Shown: positions 9,830-21,534, counted from the stretch's first letter. The stretch: DNA of 64,000 bases from an uncultured bacterium (GCA_963749495.1 CAVVMW010000007.1:160001-224000), one strand, 5' to 3'. Notes: generated from the letters alone by a model not told the origin. Program-made: numbers and translations.

Positions 9830-10216
9830 TTACTCCAGCCGCGAGGCAAGCCAGAAGAGCCAGGCGCCCAGGGCCATAGCGAAGATGCACAATGCGATGC
9901 CGGCCAGGTCCAGGAGCCCCTCGGCCTTAACGACCACGCGCACGGCCAGGCCCACGAGCAGCAAATCGGCCACCAGCAACGAGGCCCGGACGAGCCTTCG
10001 GGCCCGGGACGGCCCAGGGGGCTGCGGGCCGGGTTGGGTCTGCGGCTGCCCGGCGCCGTTGCCGCGCACCAGCGCGGCCATGCCCGGCGAGAGGCCCTCC
10101 GGCTTGGGAGCGAGCCCCTCCGCTGCCGCCGACGGGGCCGGCGGTGGCGTCTTGGTCCCCCTCATCAGAGGGCCCAGCCCGCGGCCAAGGGCCGGTTTTG
10201 TGACTCGCTCACTCAC
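9830..10216 (-). CDS. small membrane protein with ParB-like N-terminal KPALGRGL peptide
   Basis: GTG 10216: MSERVTKPALGRGLGPLMRG, Pro-rich linker, two C-terminal hydrophobic helices. Confidence 0.7.
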   Translation of the reverse strand: MSERVTKPALGRGLGPLMRGTKTPPPAPSAAAEGLAPKPEGLSPGMAALVRGNGAGQPQTQPGPQPPGPSRARRLVRASLLVADLLLVGLAVRVVVKAEGLLDLAGIALCIFAMALGAWLFWLASRLE

Positions 10217-10267
10217 GTGATTCACAGGATAGCCCCGGAGCCGCCGAAGGAAAAGGGGCGGATTTTC

Positions 10268-10378
10268 GGAATGACGAATGACGAATGGAACGAATGCGGA
10301 GTGCGGAATGCGGAGTGTGGAGTGTTCCGGCGGGGGTGTTGGGTCTGGATTGCGGCGCGGGGAATGACGAATGACGAG
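10268..10378. repeat. compound heptamer arrays (GAATGAC)n and (GAATGCG/GAGTGCG)n
   Basis: Direct inspection; mirror image at 12268-12326. Confidence 0.85.
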
Positions 10379-10480
10379 AGCCATTTAGTGAGCATGCGTG
10401 GTCCTGGTTACTGGCCCGTTACCCGGGTTTGCCATTTTCTCTGGTCAGGCCAGTCCTGCTATGGCATTCTGGGTATGGTT

Positions 10481-10894
10481 ATGAATAAGAGCGCGACCTT
10501 GTCCATTAAGCTCAGTTTGGAAGAGCGGAAAGATTTGAACGATCTGAGCCGCTTCAAAGGGACGCCACCCACGGAGTTGGGCGCTCAGTTCATTGCTGAG
10601 GGTCTCCGCGCGGCGCGTTTCCCTGGTATCGAGTTCCGCAACACGCCCCTGGGTCGCATGGCGTATCTGAAGAACTCGCGTCTGGCGATCTGGCTTTTGC
10701 GTGAACTGGTCCGCCAGGCTGGCTCGGTCAAGAAGGTCGCTGCTCTGGTTGGCCGCTCCGCCGTCCAACTGCAAGGTGCGTTACTCTATGCGAAGGCTTT
10801 CCCGGAAGAGTTGGAAGCGGCCGCGCGCCTGAACAAGCGCGCCCCGGCGGCCCTCAATGAGACCTTGCCCGGTCACACGGTGTTCCGGGCGTGA
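10481..10894 (+). CDS. RHH + DUF433-like putative antitoxin
   Basis: TLSIKL...EGLRAARFPGIEFRNTPLGRMAYLKNSRLAIW...ALLYAKAFPEEL, typical of this antitoxin-like family. Confidence 0.7.
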   Translation: MNKSATLSIKLSLEERKDLNDLSRFKGTPPTELGAQFIAEGLRAARFPGIEFRNTPLGRMAYLKNSRLAIWLLRELVRQAGSVKKVAALVGRSAVQLQGALLYAKAFPEELEAAARLNKRAPAALNETLPGHTVFRA

Positions 10895-10920
10895 AAACTC
10901 TGATCAAAACACATCGGACT

Positions 10921-12202
10921 ATGAAAAATCGAACGACGCAGAGAGACTCTGAACCGCCGCCAGTTCATCCAGACGACTGCCGTGGCCAGCGCGGCGGTGG
11001 GTCTTATGAGCGGGGCGCCTTACGCGGCGCGGGGTCGCGTGCTCGGGGCCAACGACCAGGTTGGCATCGGGTTCATCGGGGTCGGCGGGCGCGGCTCCAG
11101 CCACGTGGGCACTGTGCAGCACCTCATCCAGGGCGGGGAGAAGCTCCGGATCGTGGCGGTCTGCGACGCCTACCGCTATCGGCTGGACGAGTCGGCCAAA
11201 GCAACGGGCGCCAAGGCCTATGGGCGGCACGCCGAACTGCTGGCCGACCCGAACGTGGATGCGGTGTGCATCGCCACGCCGGACCGGCTCCATGTGCCCC
11301 AGGCGCTCGATGCCATTCGCGCGGGCAAGGACGTTTACTGCGAAAAGCCAATGGGGCACTGGTCCCAATTCGCCCTCTCGAAGCAGTTCTACGAGGAGAC
11401 CATCAAATTGAACCGCGTGGTGCAGGTGGGCAACCAGGGCAACTCCAGCCCCGCCTGGCAGAAGGTGCGCGAACTGATCGGGCAGGGCGCCATCGGGCGC
11501 GTGCAGTTGGTCACTGCGGGCTTCTTCCGAAACGGCGATTGGGGCGAGCGGATGCCCATCCCGGACCGCGAGGCCAAGCCCGGGGCGGACCTGGACTGGG
11601 AGGCCTTCCTTGGGGACGCACCCAAGGTGCCCTTCACGGTGGACCGCTTCTTTAGCTGGCGCAAATACCTGGACTATGCCGGCGGGCCTTGCACCGACCT
11701 GTTCCCGCACGTCTTCACGCCTTTCGTGAGCGCCCTCGGCCTGAAGTTCCCCACCCGCGCCGTCGCCTCCGGCGGCATCTTCAAATACACGACCTACGAC
11801 CGCGAGGTGCCCGATACGTTCAACATGTGCCTGGATTACCCTGAAAAGCTCTCGATCGTCATCCCCTGCTCCCTGGCCAACGATTATCCCCCCGAGGCCG
11901 CCATTCGGGGAGACGAGGGCACCCTCACGCTTCAGAATCCAGGCGAGTGGAACATCGGCTTCGACAGCGTCACCGTCCTGCCCGTCAAAGGGCAAGCGCG
12001 CGTCTTCCCCGCCCAAAAAATGGATACGACGCCGCTGCACTGGCAGAACTTCATCCGTTGCGTGCGGAGCCGCGAAAAGCCCGTGAGCAACGTCCAGTTC
12101 GGGTTGCACGTCCAGGCCGCCCTCAACATGGCCATGCTCAGTCTCCTCAAGGAGAAGGTGGCGAAGTTCGATCCGGCAAGGCAAGACATTGTGCTATGCT
12201 AG
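10921..12202 (+). CDS. Gfo/Idh/MocA oxidoreductase with Tat signal (apparent +1 frameshift just after ATG 10921)
   Basis: LNRRQFIQTTA Tat motif in frame, GANDQVGIGFIGVGGRG, DVYCEKP, QVGNQ; removing one nt (e.g. from A5 at 10924-10928) gives MKIERRRETLNRRQF. Confidence 0.88.
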
Positions 12203-12267
12203 GCGGAGCGGGCAGAATCGAACGCAGAATCATTTAGGGCAAAATCATTAGAAGAAGAGATTCTGCC

Positions 12268-12324
12268 TTCGTCATTCGTCATTCGTCATTCGTCATTCGT
12301 CATTCCGCACTCCGCATTCCGCAC

Positions 12325-12326
<2 letters not shown>
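12268..12326. repeat. heptamer arrays (TTCGTCA)5 then (TTCCGCA/CTCCGCA)3
   Basis: Direct inspection; reverse complement of the units at 10268-10378. Confidence 0.85.
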
Positions 12327-13850
<1,524 letters not shown>

Positions 13851-13986
13851 AAGTTCTTTGTCCTTTGCCAGTTCCAGTTGCCGATCTCGGTTCTGTTTCA
13901 CTGCAACCGTCGGTTCCTGTGTTCCAATCAATAGACAGCACCTCCATGACAGGGGCCTTTCCCGGGGATTACAAATTTGAAAGGCC

Positions 13987-14448
13987 TCAGATCACGTAAT
14001 CCGGGCTTTCCAGCGGCCGGCCCTGGAGTTGGCGCGAGCGTTCGCACAGCTCGGCCAGGGTCACCCGCTCGGCTATCTCCACCACCGCATCGCGGATTTC
14101 CTTCATCACGCTGCGGACCGCGCACCGGGATTCGTCCGGGCAGGAGCACTTGGCATAGAACCGCTGGCTCACGCATCGCACCGGGGCCAGCGCCCCCTCG
14201 ATGTGCCGCACCACTGCCGCCAGGGTTATCTGCTCCGGCCTCTGCGCCAGCCGGTAGCCCCCCGAGACCCCGCGCTTGCTGCGGACAAAACCGCCGGACT
14301 GGAGGTCGTTGAGGATCTGCTCCAGGAACCTCTTGGGAATGTTCTGCTGCTCGGAGATGGTTTGAATCCGCACCACCGCCTGGCCCTCGTGCAGCCCCAG
14401 CACCAGCAGCGCCCGCAAGGCATACTCCCCACGCAGCGTGAGTTTCAT
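13987..14448 (-). CDS. Rrf2 family transcriptional regulator
   Basis: MKLTLRGEYALRAL, IPKRFLEQIL, SKRGVSGGYRLA, Cys cluster CVS..KCSCPDESRC. Confidence 0.93.
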   Translation of the reverse strand: MKLTLRGEYALRALLVLGLHEGQAVVRIQTISEQQNIPKRFLEQILNDLQSGGFVRSKRGVSGGYRLAQRPEQITLAAVVRHIEGALAPVRCVSQRFYAKCSCPDESRCAVRSVMKEIRDAVVEIAERVTLAELCERSRQLQGRPLESPDYVI

Positions 14449-14561
14449 GGGGCTACTATATAATCCACACTGGGAAACTCAAGATTCCGGGAAAAAAGTG
14501 AACCTTTTGCCCGGCTGGCGTTATTAACGGGCAGAATGAACTGCCAAACCCGAAAGGAACC

Positions 14562-15827
14562 ATGAAGATTTGCACTTCGATTTGTTCGTCTTTGCTCATC
14601 GCGGCGGTGGGCACATTTTGCGCCGCAGGCCAGCCGTCCCGCACCGATATCAATCCTGCGCTGCTTTACTACCAGGCATTCCTGGTTGCGCCGGAGCCGC
14701 TGTCTGAGGCGGATGACGCTTACCTGTATTCGAAAGAGGGGCGCAGCCAGCCGCTGCCGGAACGATTCGGCGCGCTGTTTGAAGGCTACGACAACCAGTT
14801 CAAGCTGGTGCGGCAGGCGGCGCAGGCCACTGTGCCGTGCGACTGGGGCCTGGATTGGAGCGCTGGCCCCTCGACACTGCTGCCCCACCTGGCTCGCGCC
14901 AAGGCGGTCGCCCAAGCATCGAGGTTCCGCGTCGTGTGGGAGTTGCAGCACGATCGCCAGGCCGACGCGCGCGATGACTTGCTCGCCTCGTTCGCCCTGG
15001 CCAGGAATGTCACCCGGAACGGCCCCCTGATCTCCGTGCTGGTCCAAAACGCCATCGAGGCCATCAATTGCTCGACCGTGGCGGAGAATTTCGGACGGTT
15101 TTCTCCGGAGACCTTGCAAGAGTTGGAGGCGGGGCTGGAGAGGCTGCCGGCGCGGACCACGGTGGCGCAGTCCGACATGGGTGAGAGGGTACTTTGCCAG
15201 GACTGGCTGTTGCACAAAATAGCGGACTTGCAGAAGGCCAACCCGGGCAACGATGCCAAGGTGATGGCGGCCTTGAGTCAACTGTTGTCCAGCCCTGGCA
15301 ATCCGGACCAGAGCGAGGAGGATCCCTGGGCGCAACTCAGCCGGGCTGCGGGCGGGACCAGCGATGGGGTGGCCAAGCTGGTGCGGGACGCCGAATCGTT
15401 TGTCCAGAAGATGCCAGACATCCTGGCGGTGCCCTACGGGGAGTTCGAATCCCGCATGGCGCAGGTCAAAGCCGAGGCGGCGCAAACGGCCAACCCGCTC
15501 ATCTCGAACTTTGTGCCCTCCCTGGAACCAGCGCGCTTGAGGGAATTCAGAGTGCTGGCCTGCCTGGCCCAGGTGCGCGCGGCCGTGGAATACAAGCTGC
15601 ACGGCGAGCCCGGATTGCAGAGCGTGGCCGACCCGTGCGGCCAAGGGCCCTTTGGCTTCCGGCGCTTTGTCTTGGAGGGCGTTGATCGCGGTTTCGAGCT
15701 CAAATCCGCGCACGACATCGGCCGCAGCAAGGGCGTGCTCATCTTTGTCGAGACAGCGGGTCCGGCCTTCCGGGTCAATGGGCCGTATGCGGGCCAGGCT
15801 ATAACCAACTCGGCCTCGCAACGCTGA
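14562..15827 (+). CDS. secreted hypothetical helical protein
   Basis: Signal peptide, NPALLYYQAF, CDWGLDWSAGP.TLLPHLA; 421-aa ORF with host-like codon usage. Confidence 0.7.
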   Translation: MKICTSICSSLLIAAVGTFCAAGQPSRTDINPALLYYQAFLVAPEPLSEADDAYLYSKEGRSQPLPERFGALFEGYDNQFKLVRQAAQATVPCDWGLDWSAGPSTLLPHLARAKAVAQASRFRVVWELQHDRQADARDDLLASFALARNVTRNGPLISVLVQNAIEAINCSTVAENFGRFSPETLQELEAGLERLPARTTVAQSDMGERVLCQDWLLHKIADLQKANPGNDAKVMAALSQLLSSPGNPDQSEEDPWAQLSRAAGGTSDGVAKLVRDAESFVQKMPDILAVPYGEFESRMAQVKAEAAQTANPLISNFVPSLEPARLREFRVLACLAQVRAAVEYKLHGEPGLQSVADPCGQGPFGFRRFVLEGVDRGFELKSAHDIGRSKGVLIFVETAGPAFRVNGPYAGQAITNSASQR

Positions 15828-15857
15828 ACTAAATCGAACCACGTGATTGTGGCAGAG

Positions 15858-15938
15858 CCTTTGTCGCGGCCTTTGTCGCAGCCTTTGTCGAGGAATGGCG
15901 CACTCGACAAAGGCCCCGACAAAGGCCGCGACAAAGGT
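15858..15938. repeat. inverted 12-mer arrays (CCTTTGTCGCNG)3 ... (CGACAAAGG)3
   Basis: Same family at 52485-52588 and partially at 40984-41026. Confidence 0.85.
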
Positions 15939-16020
15939 CCAAAACCCCATGAGTGTGCCCATGTTGCTTGGTCCGATTTAGACGAGTGACGGTTTTTGAA
16001 CCAACGTGTCTAAAGGGAAG

Positions 16021-16653
16021 ATGTCTGCCATCAACGCAACCTTCATGAACCTCGGAACCTCAGACGCCGGGGAGTTGCTGGACCGGGCGCGAGCCGGCGA
16101 TGCCGAGGCGTTTTGCGAGGTTTGCCGCGTCTATGAGGCGGGCCTGCTGCGCCAGGCCACGGCCCTCTGCCGCAACCCTGCTCTGGCCGAGGACCTGGCC
16201 CAGGACACCCTGGTGGAGGCCTGGAAGAGCCTGCGCCGCTATAATGGGCGCTGCCGGTTTTTCACCTGGCTCTGTGCCATCCTCTTGAATCGCTATCGCA
16301 ATACCGTCCGCGCCGGGCGTCCTTTCCTGGGCTTGACGAGGCCCGACGAGGACGAAGCCCATGGCCGCCTGGAGCGATTGACCGATGGCCAGGCCGGCCC
16401 CGACCAGGCGCTCCAGTTGCGCGAGCAGGCCGCGCTGGTCCGCAGATGCGTGCAAGCGCTGCCCCTCAAGCACCAACAGGTCATTTACCTGCGCTTCTTC
16501 GTCAATGATTCACTGGAAGGGATTGCCGCGGCCCTGGGTTGTTCCGTGGGCACAGTCAAATCGCGCCTGTTCCATGCCCTGGACAAACTCCGGGCGATGA
16601 AAGAGCTTGGCACATTGGCGGGCCAGCTCGAAACCAAAGAGCCGAGTCTATGA
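16021..16653 (+). CDS. ECF RNA polymerase sigma-70 factor
   Basis: AEDLAQDTLVEAW, RFFTWLCAI, IAAALGCSVGTVKSRL; start uncertain. Confidence 0.92.
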   Translation: MSAINATFMNLGTSDAGELLDRARAGDAEAFCEVCRVYEAGLLRQATALCRNPALAEDLAQDTLVEAWKSLRRYNGRCRFFTWLCAILLNRYRNTVRAGRPFLGLTRPDEDEAHGRLERLTDGQAGPDQALQLREQAALVRRCVQALPLKHQQVIYLRFFVNDSLEGIAAALGCSVGTVKSRLFHALDKLRAMKELGTLAGQLETKEPSL

Positions 16654-17225
16654 AACCCTGTGCGAGAAACCGGAAACGGATTGCCTGGCTGGCATTGGGG
16701 GCGCTTGAGGCGCCCGAAGCGGAGCAACTGCGCGCCCATCTTCACACCTGCGCTCGCTGCCGCAGTTGCTTCGAGGAACTGACGAAGGTCACGGCCGCGA
16801 TTCGGAATGCCGAGCCGGACGCAAGCCTGACCGTCCCCCCTTCATTTCACCGCCGGGTCGCAACTGCTCTGCGGGCGGAGGCCTCGCGCCCCTTCCGGGC
16901 GGTCCTGGCGGAGTCGCTTCGCAGGCTTGTGCTGGACCCGCGGGTCGCGCTGCCCGTGGCCGGGGCGCTGGTCGCAACGCTCGTCGCGGTGTCCGCCCTG
17001 CGGCTAGGCCCTCCGGTGGACCGTCCGGCGCCATCGCCGGTCCAAGCCCCGGCGGCGCTTCACCTCACGAGCGACCTGGCGCCCACATTGGCCAACTACC
17101 AAAGCGTGGCCAACCGCTCGCTGGACCAGTTGGATGAGCTGCTCACCCGCCAAGGGAGCAAGGGCCTGGCCCGGGCGCCTGTCTTCACCGCCTCGGCCCT
17201 GGCAATGCCCAACGGCCCGGATTGA
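16650..17225 (+). CDS. zf-HC2 (ZAS) membrane anti-sigma factor
   Basis: HLHTCARC HxxxCxxC motif, one TM helix, ATGA overlap with the sigma gene. Confidence 0.85.
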   Translation: MKPCARNRKRIAWLALGALEAPEAEQLRAHLHTCARCRSCFEELTKVTAAIRNAEPDASLTVPPSFHRRVATALRAEASRPFRAVLAESLRRLVLDPRVALPVAGALVATLVAVSALRLGPPVDRPAPSPVQAPAALHLTSDLAPTLANYQSVANRSLDQLDELLTRQGSKGLARAPVFTASALAMPNGPD

Positions 17226-17259
17226 CTAGGTCTGCCGGGATCATGGCGGCGAACCCACC

Positions 17260-17541
17260 TCAATCTCGTAGAGCCTTGGCCCGATGATGCGGTGGGCGTA
17301 GCGGAACGATTCGACCAGCAGAATGGAAAAGACCACTACCACGACTGCGAGAATGATGGCGCTCCACCAGTGGCGCGGCCGGAACTTCTCGACCGAGGGA
17401 GCGTAGGCTATCAGGCCGAAGAATCAGGAAGACCATAATCCGCGCCAGCATGAAGGTCAGCAGAAAGACGAAGAAGACGGTGCGGGCCAGGTAGGTCTTG
17501 TCCGCCCGGTCCAGCGCAGTGGTGTCATTGGGCTCAGCCAT
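17260..17541 (-). pseudogene. truncated membrane protein remnant
   Basis: LARTVFFVFLLTFMLARIMVFLIL, then an abrupt loss of protein-like sequence. Confidence 0.4.
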
Positions 17542-17591
17542 ATCGTGCATGTACGCCTCTCAGCCCGGCGCGCGCAACAGCGGAGTGAAAA

Positions 17592-17864
17592 GGGGTACGA
17601 TGAAAACTGTCGGTCAGCCCGCGGCGCCTTTTTGTCCCGGAGGGACATCCGACAATAGCCCGGCGTTTCAACGCCGGGTGAACGGACCCAACGAGCAGGT
17701 CCGTCCCGAAGGGACGGTTGAAAGCAAGGAGTGTTCTCAGTCGTCCCGTCGGGACGAGGGGTCCCTTTTGTGGCGTCCCCGGCGTTGAAACGCCGGGCTA
17801 TTGTCAGATGTCCCTCCGGGACAAAGCTCCCAGGGCGCATGCCCGACGCTCTTAATCGCACCCC
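17592..17864. repeat. REPIN/MITE-like nested palindromic element (copy 1)
   Basis: tgtcccggagggacatccgacaatagcccggcgtttcaacgccggg ... cccggcgttgaaacgccgggctattgtcagatgtccctccgggaca; related copy at 56740-56983. Confidence 0.85.
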
Positions 17865-17933
17865 TCTCACGCCGCTGTGTGCATGTCCACATAAGCGCCC
17901 CTGCCGGCACTCTGCGGCCACCCGATGCAATAG

Positions 17934-17962
17934 AAAAAGGCGAGCCGGCAACGGCTCGCCTT
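17934..17962 (-). terminator. intrinsic terminator of rpsO-pnp
   Basis: Minus strand AAGGCGAGCCG-TTGC-CGGCTCGCCTT followed by T-rich sequence, ~20 nt after the pnp stop. Confidence 0.8.
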
Positions 17963-17983
17963 CGTCAATGAACGCCTGGACGA

Positions 17984-20900
17984 TTATTGTTGCTCCGGGG
18001 GTTCTTCCCGATGCTCCCCGCTGGACGTGTGCTCGGGGCCTTCGCCACCCCGGTTGCCGCCCTCGCCCCCTTCACCCCGGGTGCCGCGCTCGCCCCTGTC
18101 ACCCTGGCCGCCACGCTCGTTACCTTCGCCGCCGCGGTTGCCGCGCTCGGCCCGGTCTCCCTGACCGCCACGCTCGGCTCGTCGCTCGCTGCGCTCGCCT
18201 CCTTGGCCGCTACGCTCGCCGCCCCGCTCGCCGCGCTCACCGCGGTCGCTGCGCTCGGCTCCCCGCTCGCTGCCCTCGCCTCCCACGTCGGCGCGGTCAC
18301 CGCGCTCACCGCGGTCTTCCCGCTCTTGAGTCCCGCCGCGCTCGCCGCCCCGATCCAGGCGATCTCCGCGTTCCCCTCGGCCTTCACGGTCTGCGTAGCT
18401 GCTGCGCTCGCCACGGTCGGTACGCTCGCCACGGTCGCCACGGTCTGCGTATCCGCCGCGCTCGCCGCGGTCACCTGCCCGCTCGCCTCGGTCGCCTACG
18501 CGCTCGCCTCGGTCGCCTACGCGCTCCCCGCGCTCGCCTACCCGCTCACCGCGGTCGCCTGCCCGCTCGCCGCGGTCGCCTGCCCGCTCACCGCGGTCAC
18601 CCACTCGCTCGCCGCGGTCACCTACCCGCTCACCTCGGTCGCCTACCCGCTCGCCTCGGTCGCCTACCCGCTCGCCTCGGTCGCCGCGTCCGCTCCGCTC
18701 TGCGTGCCCGCCACGATCACCCCGGTCGCCGCGCCCGCCGCGATCGCCCCGGTCGCCGCGCCCGCCGCGATCGCCCCGATCCCGGCGTTCGCCCCGGTCA
18801 CTCCGCTCGCCCCGGTGCTCGCTGCGCTCGGGTTGGCCGCCTGGTTCTTCCCGGTGCTCGCCGGTTTCGGTCTGGCCTGACATCTGTTGGTCGCGTTCGG
18901 CCATGGCGGCCCTGCGGGAGAGTCTGACCCGGCCCTTTTCGTCCACGCCCAGGCACTTGACCATGATCTCGTCGCCCAGCTTGACGATGTCCTCGGTCTG
19001 CTTGACGCGGAAGTTGGCCAGTTCACTGATGTGGACCAGGCCATCCTTGCCGGGGAGGAATTCGACGAAGGCGCCGAACTCCTTGATGGTGACGACCTTG
19101 CCGCGATAGATCTTGCCGATCTCCGCCTCGGCAGTCATGCCCAGGACGGCGTCGCGGGCGATCTTCATGCCTTCTTCGGAGACGGAGTAGATGTTGACGG
19201 TGCCGTCGTCCTCGATGTTGATTTCGCAGCCGGACTCTTCGACGAGTTTCTTGATATTCTTGCCGCCGGGGCCGATGAGAGCGCCAATCTTTTCCGGGTT
19301 GATCTTGATGGTCTCGATGCGCGGGGCGTACTTGCTCAACTCCTTGCGGGAGGCGCCCAGGGTCTTGGCCATCTCGGCCAGGACGTGCAGGCGGGCGAGG
19401 CGGGCGCGCTCGACGGCCTCGGCCATGAGCGCGTAGGGGATGCCGCGCAGCTTGAGGTCAAGCTGGAAGCCGGTGATGCCTTTGTCGGTGCCGGCGATCT
19501 TGCAGTCCATGTCGCAGAAGGCGTCTTCCCAGCCGATGATGTCGGTCAGGAGCTTGGCGCGTGAGATGCGGTCCTTGTCGTCGTGCTCGGTGCAGAGGCC
19601 GATGCTGATGCCGGCGACGGGGCGGGTCATGGGCACGCCGGCATCCATGAGGGCGAGCGACCCGCCGCAGACGGTGGCCATCGAGGTGGAGCCGTTGGAT
19701 TCCATGATCTCGCTGGTGATGCGGATGGAATAGGGGTAGGTCTCGAGGGGGACCATGGGTTCGAGGGAGCGTTCGGCCAGTGCGCCGTGTCCGATCTCGC
19801 GCCGGCCCGGGCCGCTGATGCGGCCGGTTTCACCGACGGAGAAGTTGGGGAAGTTGTAGTGGAGGATGAATTTCTTTTCGCTGGCGCCGCCGGTGTAGGC
19901 GTCGAATTCCTGGGCATCCTCGCCGGTGCCCAGGGTGCAGAGGGTCACTGCCTGGGTCTCGCCGCGCTGGAAGAGGGCCGAGCCGTGGGCGCGGGGCAGG
20001 ATGCCGACCTCGCTGAGGATCGGGCGGACCTGGTCCAGGCCGCGCCCGTCCAGGCGCTTGTCCTGGTTCATGATCAGGCCGCGGACGGCCTCCTTCTGGA
20101 TGTAGTAGAAGGCGTCTTTGAGGACGAAGTCAGTCACCTTCTCCTGGCCGAACTTTTCGACAAGCCGCTTGCCGATCTCGTCGGTGAGGGCCGTGACGGC
20201 GGACTCACGGGCGAGCTTGCCCGGGGTCAGCAACGCGCTAATGATGCGGTCGCCGGCCAGGGCCTTGGCTTGGGCAAGGACTTCCTCGGGGACGATATTG
20301 AGGGTGACCTGGCGTTTGGGTTTGCCGGCACGGGCGGCCAAATCCCGCTGGGCGGCGATGGCGGGCTGAATGGCCTGGTGGCCGAACTGGAGGGCGGCGT
20401 TGAAATCGGCCTCGCTGACCTCCTTGGCGGAGCCTTCGAACATGACCATGTCTGTCTGGTTGCCCACATAGACCAGGTCCAGGTCGCTCTCCAGGCTCTG
20501 GCTGTGGGTGGGGTTGGCGACAAACTGGCCGTTGACACGGCCGACACGGACGGCGCCCAGGGGCCCGTCCCAGGGGATATCGCTGACCATCAAGGCGGAG
20601 GAGGCGCCGAGGACGGCGAGGATGTCCGGGTCGTTTTCGCCATCGGCGCTCAGGACGATGCACTGGACCTGGACCTCGTTGTACCAGCCCCGGGGGAAGA
20701 GCGGGCGGATAGGCCGATCGATGAGCCTGGAGGTGAGAATCTCCTTTTCGGTGGGGCGCCCTTCGCGTTTGAAGTAGCCGCCGGGGAACTTGCCGGCGGC
20801 GGCGGCCTTCTCGCGGTAGTCCACGGTGAGGGGGAAGAACTCCTGGCCTTCTTTGGCCTTGGCGGCGCCCACGGCGGCGACAATGACGATGGTTTCACCC

Positions 20901-20998
20901 AGGCGAACGCTTACAGCGCCGTCGGCCTGTTTTGCGAGTTTCCCGGTTTCAATAGTGATTTGTTTGTCCCCAATGGAGACGGTGGCATTTTCTGGCAT
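17984..20998 (-). CDS. pnp: polyribonucleotide nucleotidyltransferase (PNPase) with ~300-aa repetitive C-terminal extension
   Basis: [56 protein letters not shown] (IGPGGKNIK) and S1 (GLVHISEL); downstream of rpsO. Confidence 0.98.
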   Translation of the reverse strand: MPENATVSIGDKQITIETGKLAKQADGAVSVRLGETIVIVAAVGAAKAKEGQEFFPLTVDYREKAAAAGKFPGGYFKREGRPTEKEILTSRLIDRPIRPLFPRGWYNEVQVQCIVLSADGENDPDILAVLGASSALMVSDIPWDGPLGAVRVGRVNGQFVANPTHSQSLESDLDLVYVGNQTDMVMFEGSAKEVSEADFNAALQFGHQAIQPAIAAQRDLAARAGKPKRQVTLNIVPEEVLAQAKALAGDRIISALLTPGKLARESAVTALTDEIGKRLVEKFGQEKVTDFVLKDAFYYIQKEAVRGLIMNQDKRLDGRGLDQVRPILSEVGILPRAHGSALFQRGETQAVTLCTLGTGEDAQEFDAYTGGASEKKFILHYNFPNFSVGETGRISGPGRREIGHGALAERSLEPMVPLETYPYSIRITSEIMESNGSTSMATVCGGSLALMDAGVPMTRPVAGISIGLCTEHDDKDRISRAKLLTDIIGWEDAFCDMDCKIAGTDKGITGFQLDLKLRGIPYALMAEAVERARLARLHVLAEMAKTLGASRKELSKYAPRIETIKINPEKIGALIGPGGKNIKKLVEESGCEINIEDDGTVNIYSVSEEGMKIARDAVLGMTAEAEIGKIYRGKVVTIKEFGAFVEFLPGKDGLVHISELANFRVKQTEDIVKLGDEIMVKCLGVDEKGRVRLSRRAAMAERDQQMSGQTETGEHREEPGGQPERSEHRGERSDRGERRDRGDRGGRGDRGDRGGRGDRGDRGGHAERSGRGDRGERVGDRGERVGDRGERVGDRGERVGDRGERAGDRGERAGDRGERVGERGERVGDRGERVGDRGERAGDRGERGGYADRGDRGERTDRGERSSYADREGRGERGDRLDRGGERGGTQEREDRGERGDRADVGGEGSERGAERSDRGERGERGGERSGQGGERSERRAERGGQGDRAERGNRGGEGNERGGQGDRGERGTRGEGGEGGNRGGEGPEHTSSGEHREEPPEQQ

Positions 20999-21005
20999 AT
21001 ACACA

Positions 21006-21090
21006 TGTTGACCTCCATTGCCACCGAGGAACTTCAGTGAATCCCGAATACATTCGGGACTGAACGAAATTTCTCAGCGGAATGGAGCAT
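21006..21090 (-). promoter_or_regulatory. structured pnp leader (candidate RNase III stem-loop)
   Basis: ctccatt...aatggag outer stem with inner tcccgaat-ac-attcggga hairpin in the rpsO-pnp spacer. Confidence 0.4.
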
Positions 21091-21219
21091 TTCTGGCGCG
21101 AACGTTAAAGTGAGCGATTGAGCCGTTCGCGTCAGCCGGCTCAATCAAAGTGAAATTATCCAAGGTGACCCTGTCCCGGCCAAGCCCTCGTCAGGACAGG
21201 CCATGGTCCAATATGAGTG

Positions 21220-21477
21220 TTACTTGCGAAGCTTGAGTTTCCTGGTGACCGTTTGGTACCGACTCAGGTCGGTAATGTGCAGGTAATCCAGCAGACGGCG
21301 CCGTTGGCCAACCATCATCAGCAAACCGCGCCTCGAGCTGTGATCCTTCTTGTTCTTCTGCAAATGCTCGGTCAGATGGTTGATGCGCTGCGTCAGCAGC
21401 GCAATCTGGACATCCGCCGAGCCGGTATCATGCTCGTGCAGCTTGAAGTCGCCGATCGTTTTCGCTTTCGCTTCCAT
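21220..21477 (-). CDS. rpsO: 30S ribosomal protein S15
   Basis: [43 protein letters not shown]. Confidence 0.98.
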   Translation of the reverse strand: MEAKAKTIGDFKLHEHDTGSADVQIALLTQRINHLTEHLQKNKKDHSSRRGLLMMVGQRRRLLDYLHITDLSRYQTVTRKLKLRK

Positions 21478-21534
21478 ACTTTCCAATTATCCAATCTATT
21501 CCTCGTCTAATCCATCGTCTGATTTCTAATATCG

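Noticed and set aside
9374..10894. 506-aa ORF
   Set aside because: Chance read-through across the EamA alternate frame and repeats; only 10481-10894 looks like a real gene
17987..18880. 297-aa hydrophobic Ala/Val/Leu repeat ORF on + (and Arg-rich 17731..18927)
   Set aside because: Antisense shadow of the repetitive PNPase tail
17984..18890. RGD motifs in the PNPase tail as integrin-binding adhesin signal
   Set aside because: Cytoplasmic enzyme with no export signal; RGD arises from the G/R/D composition
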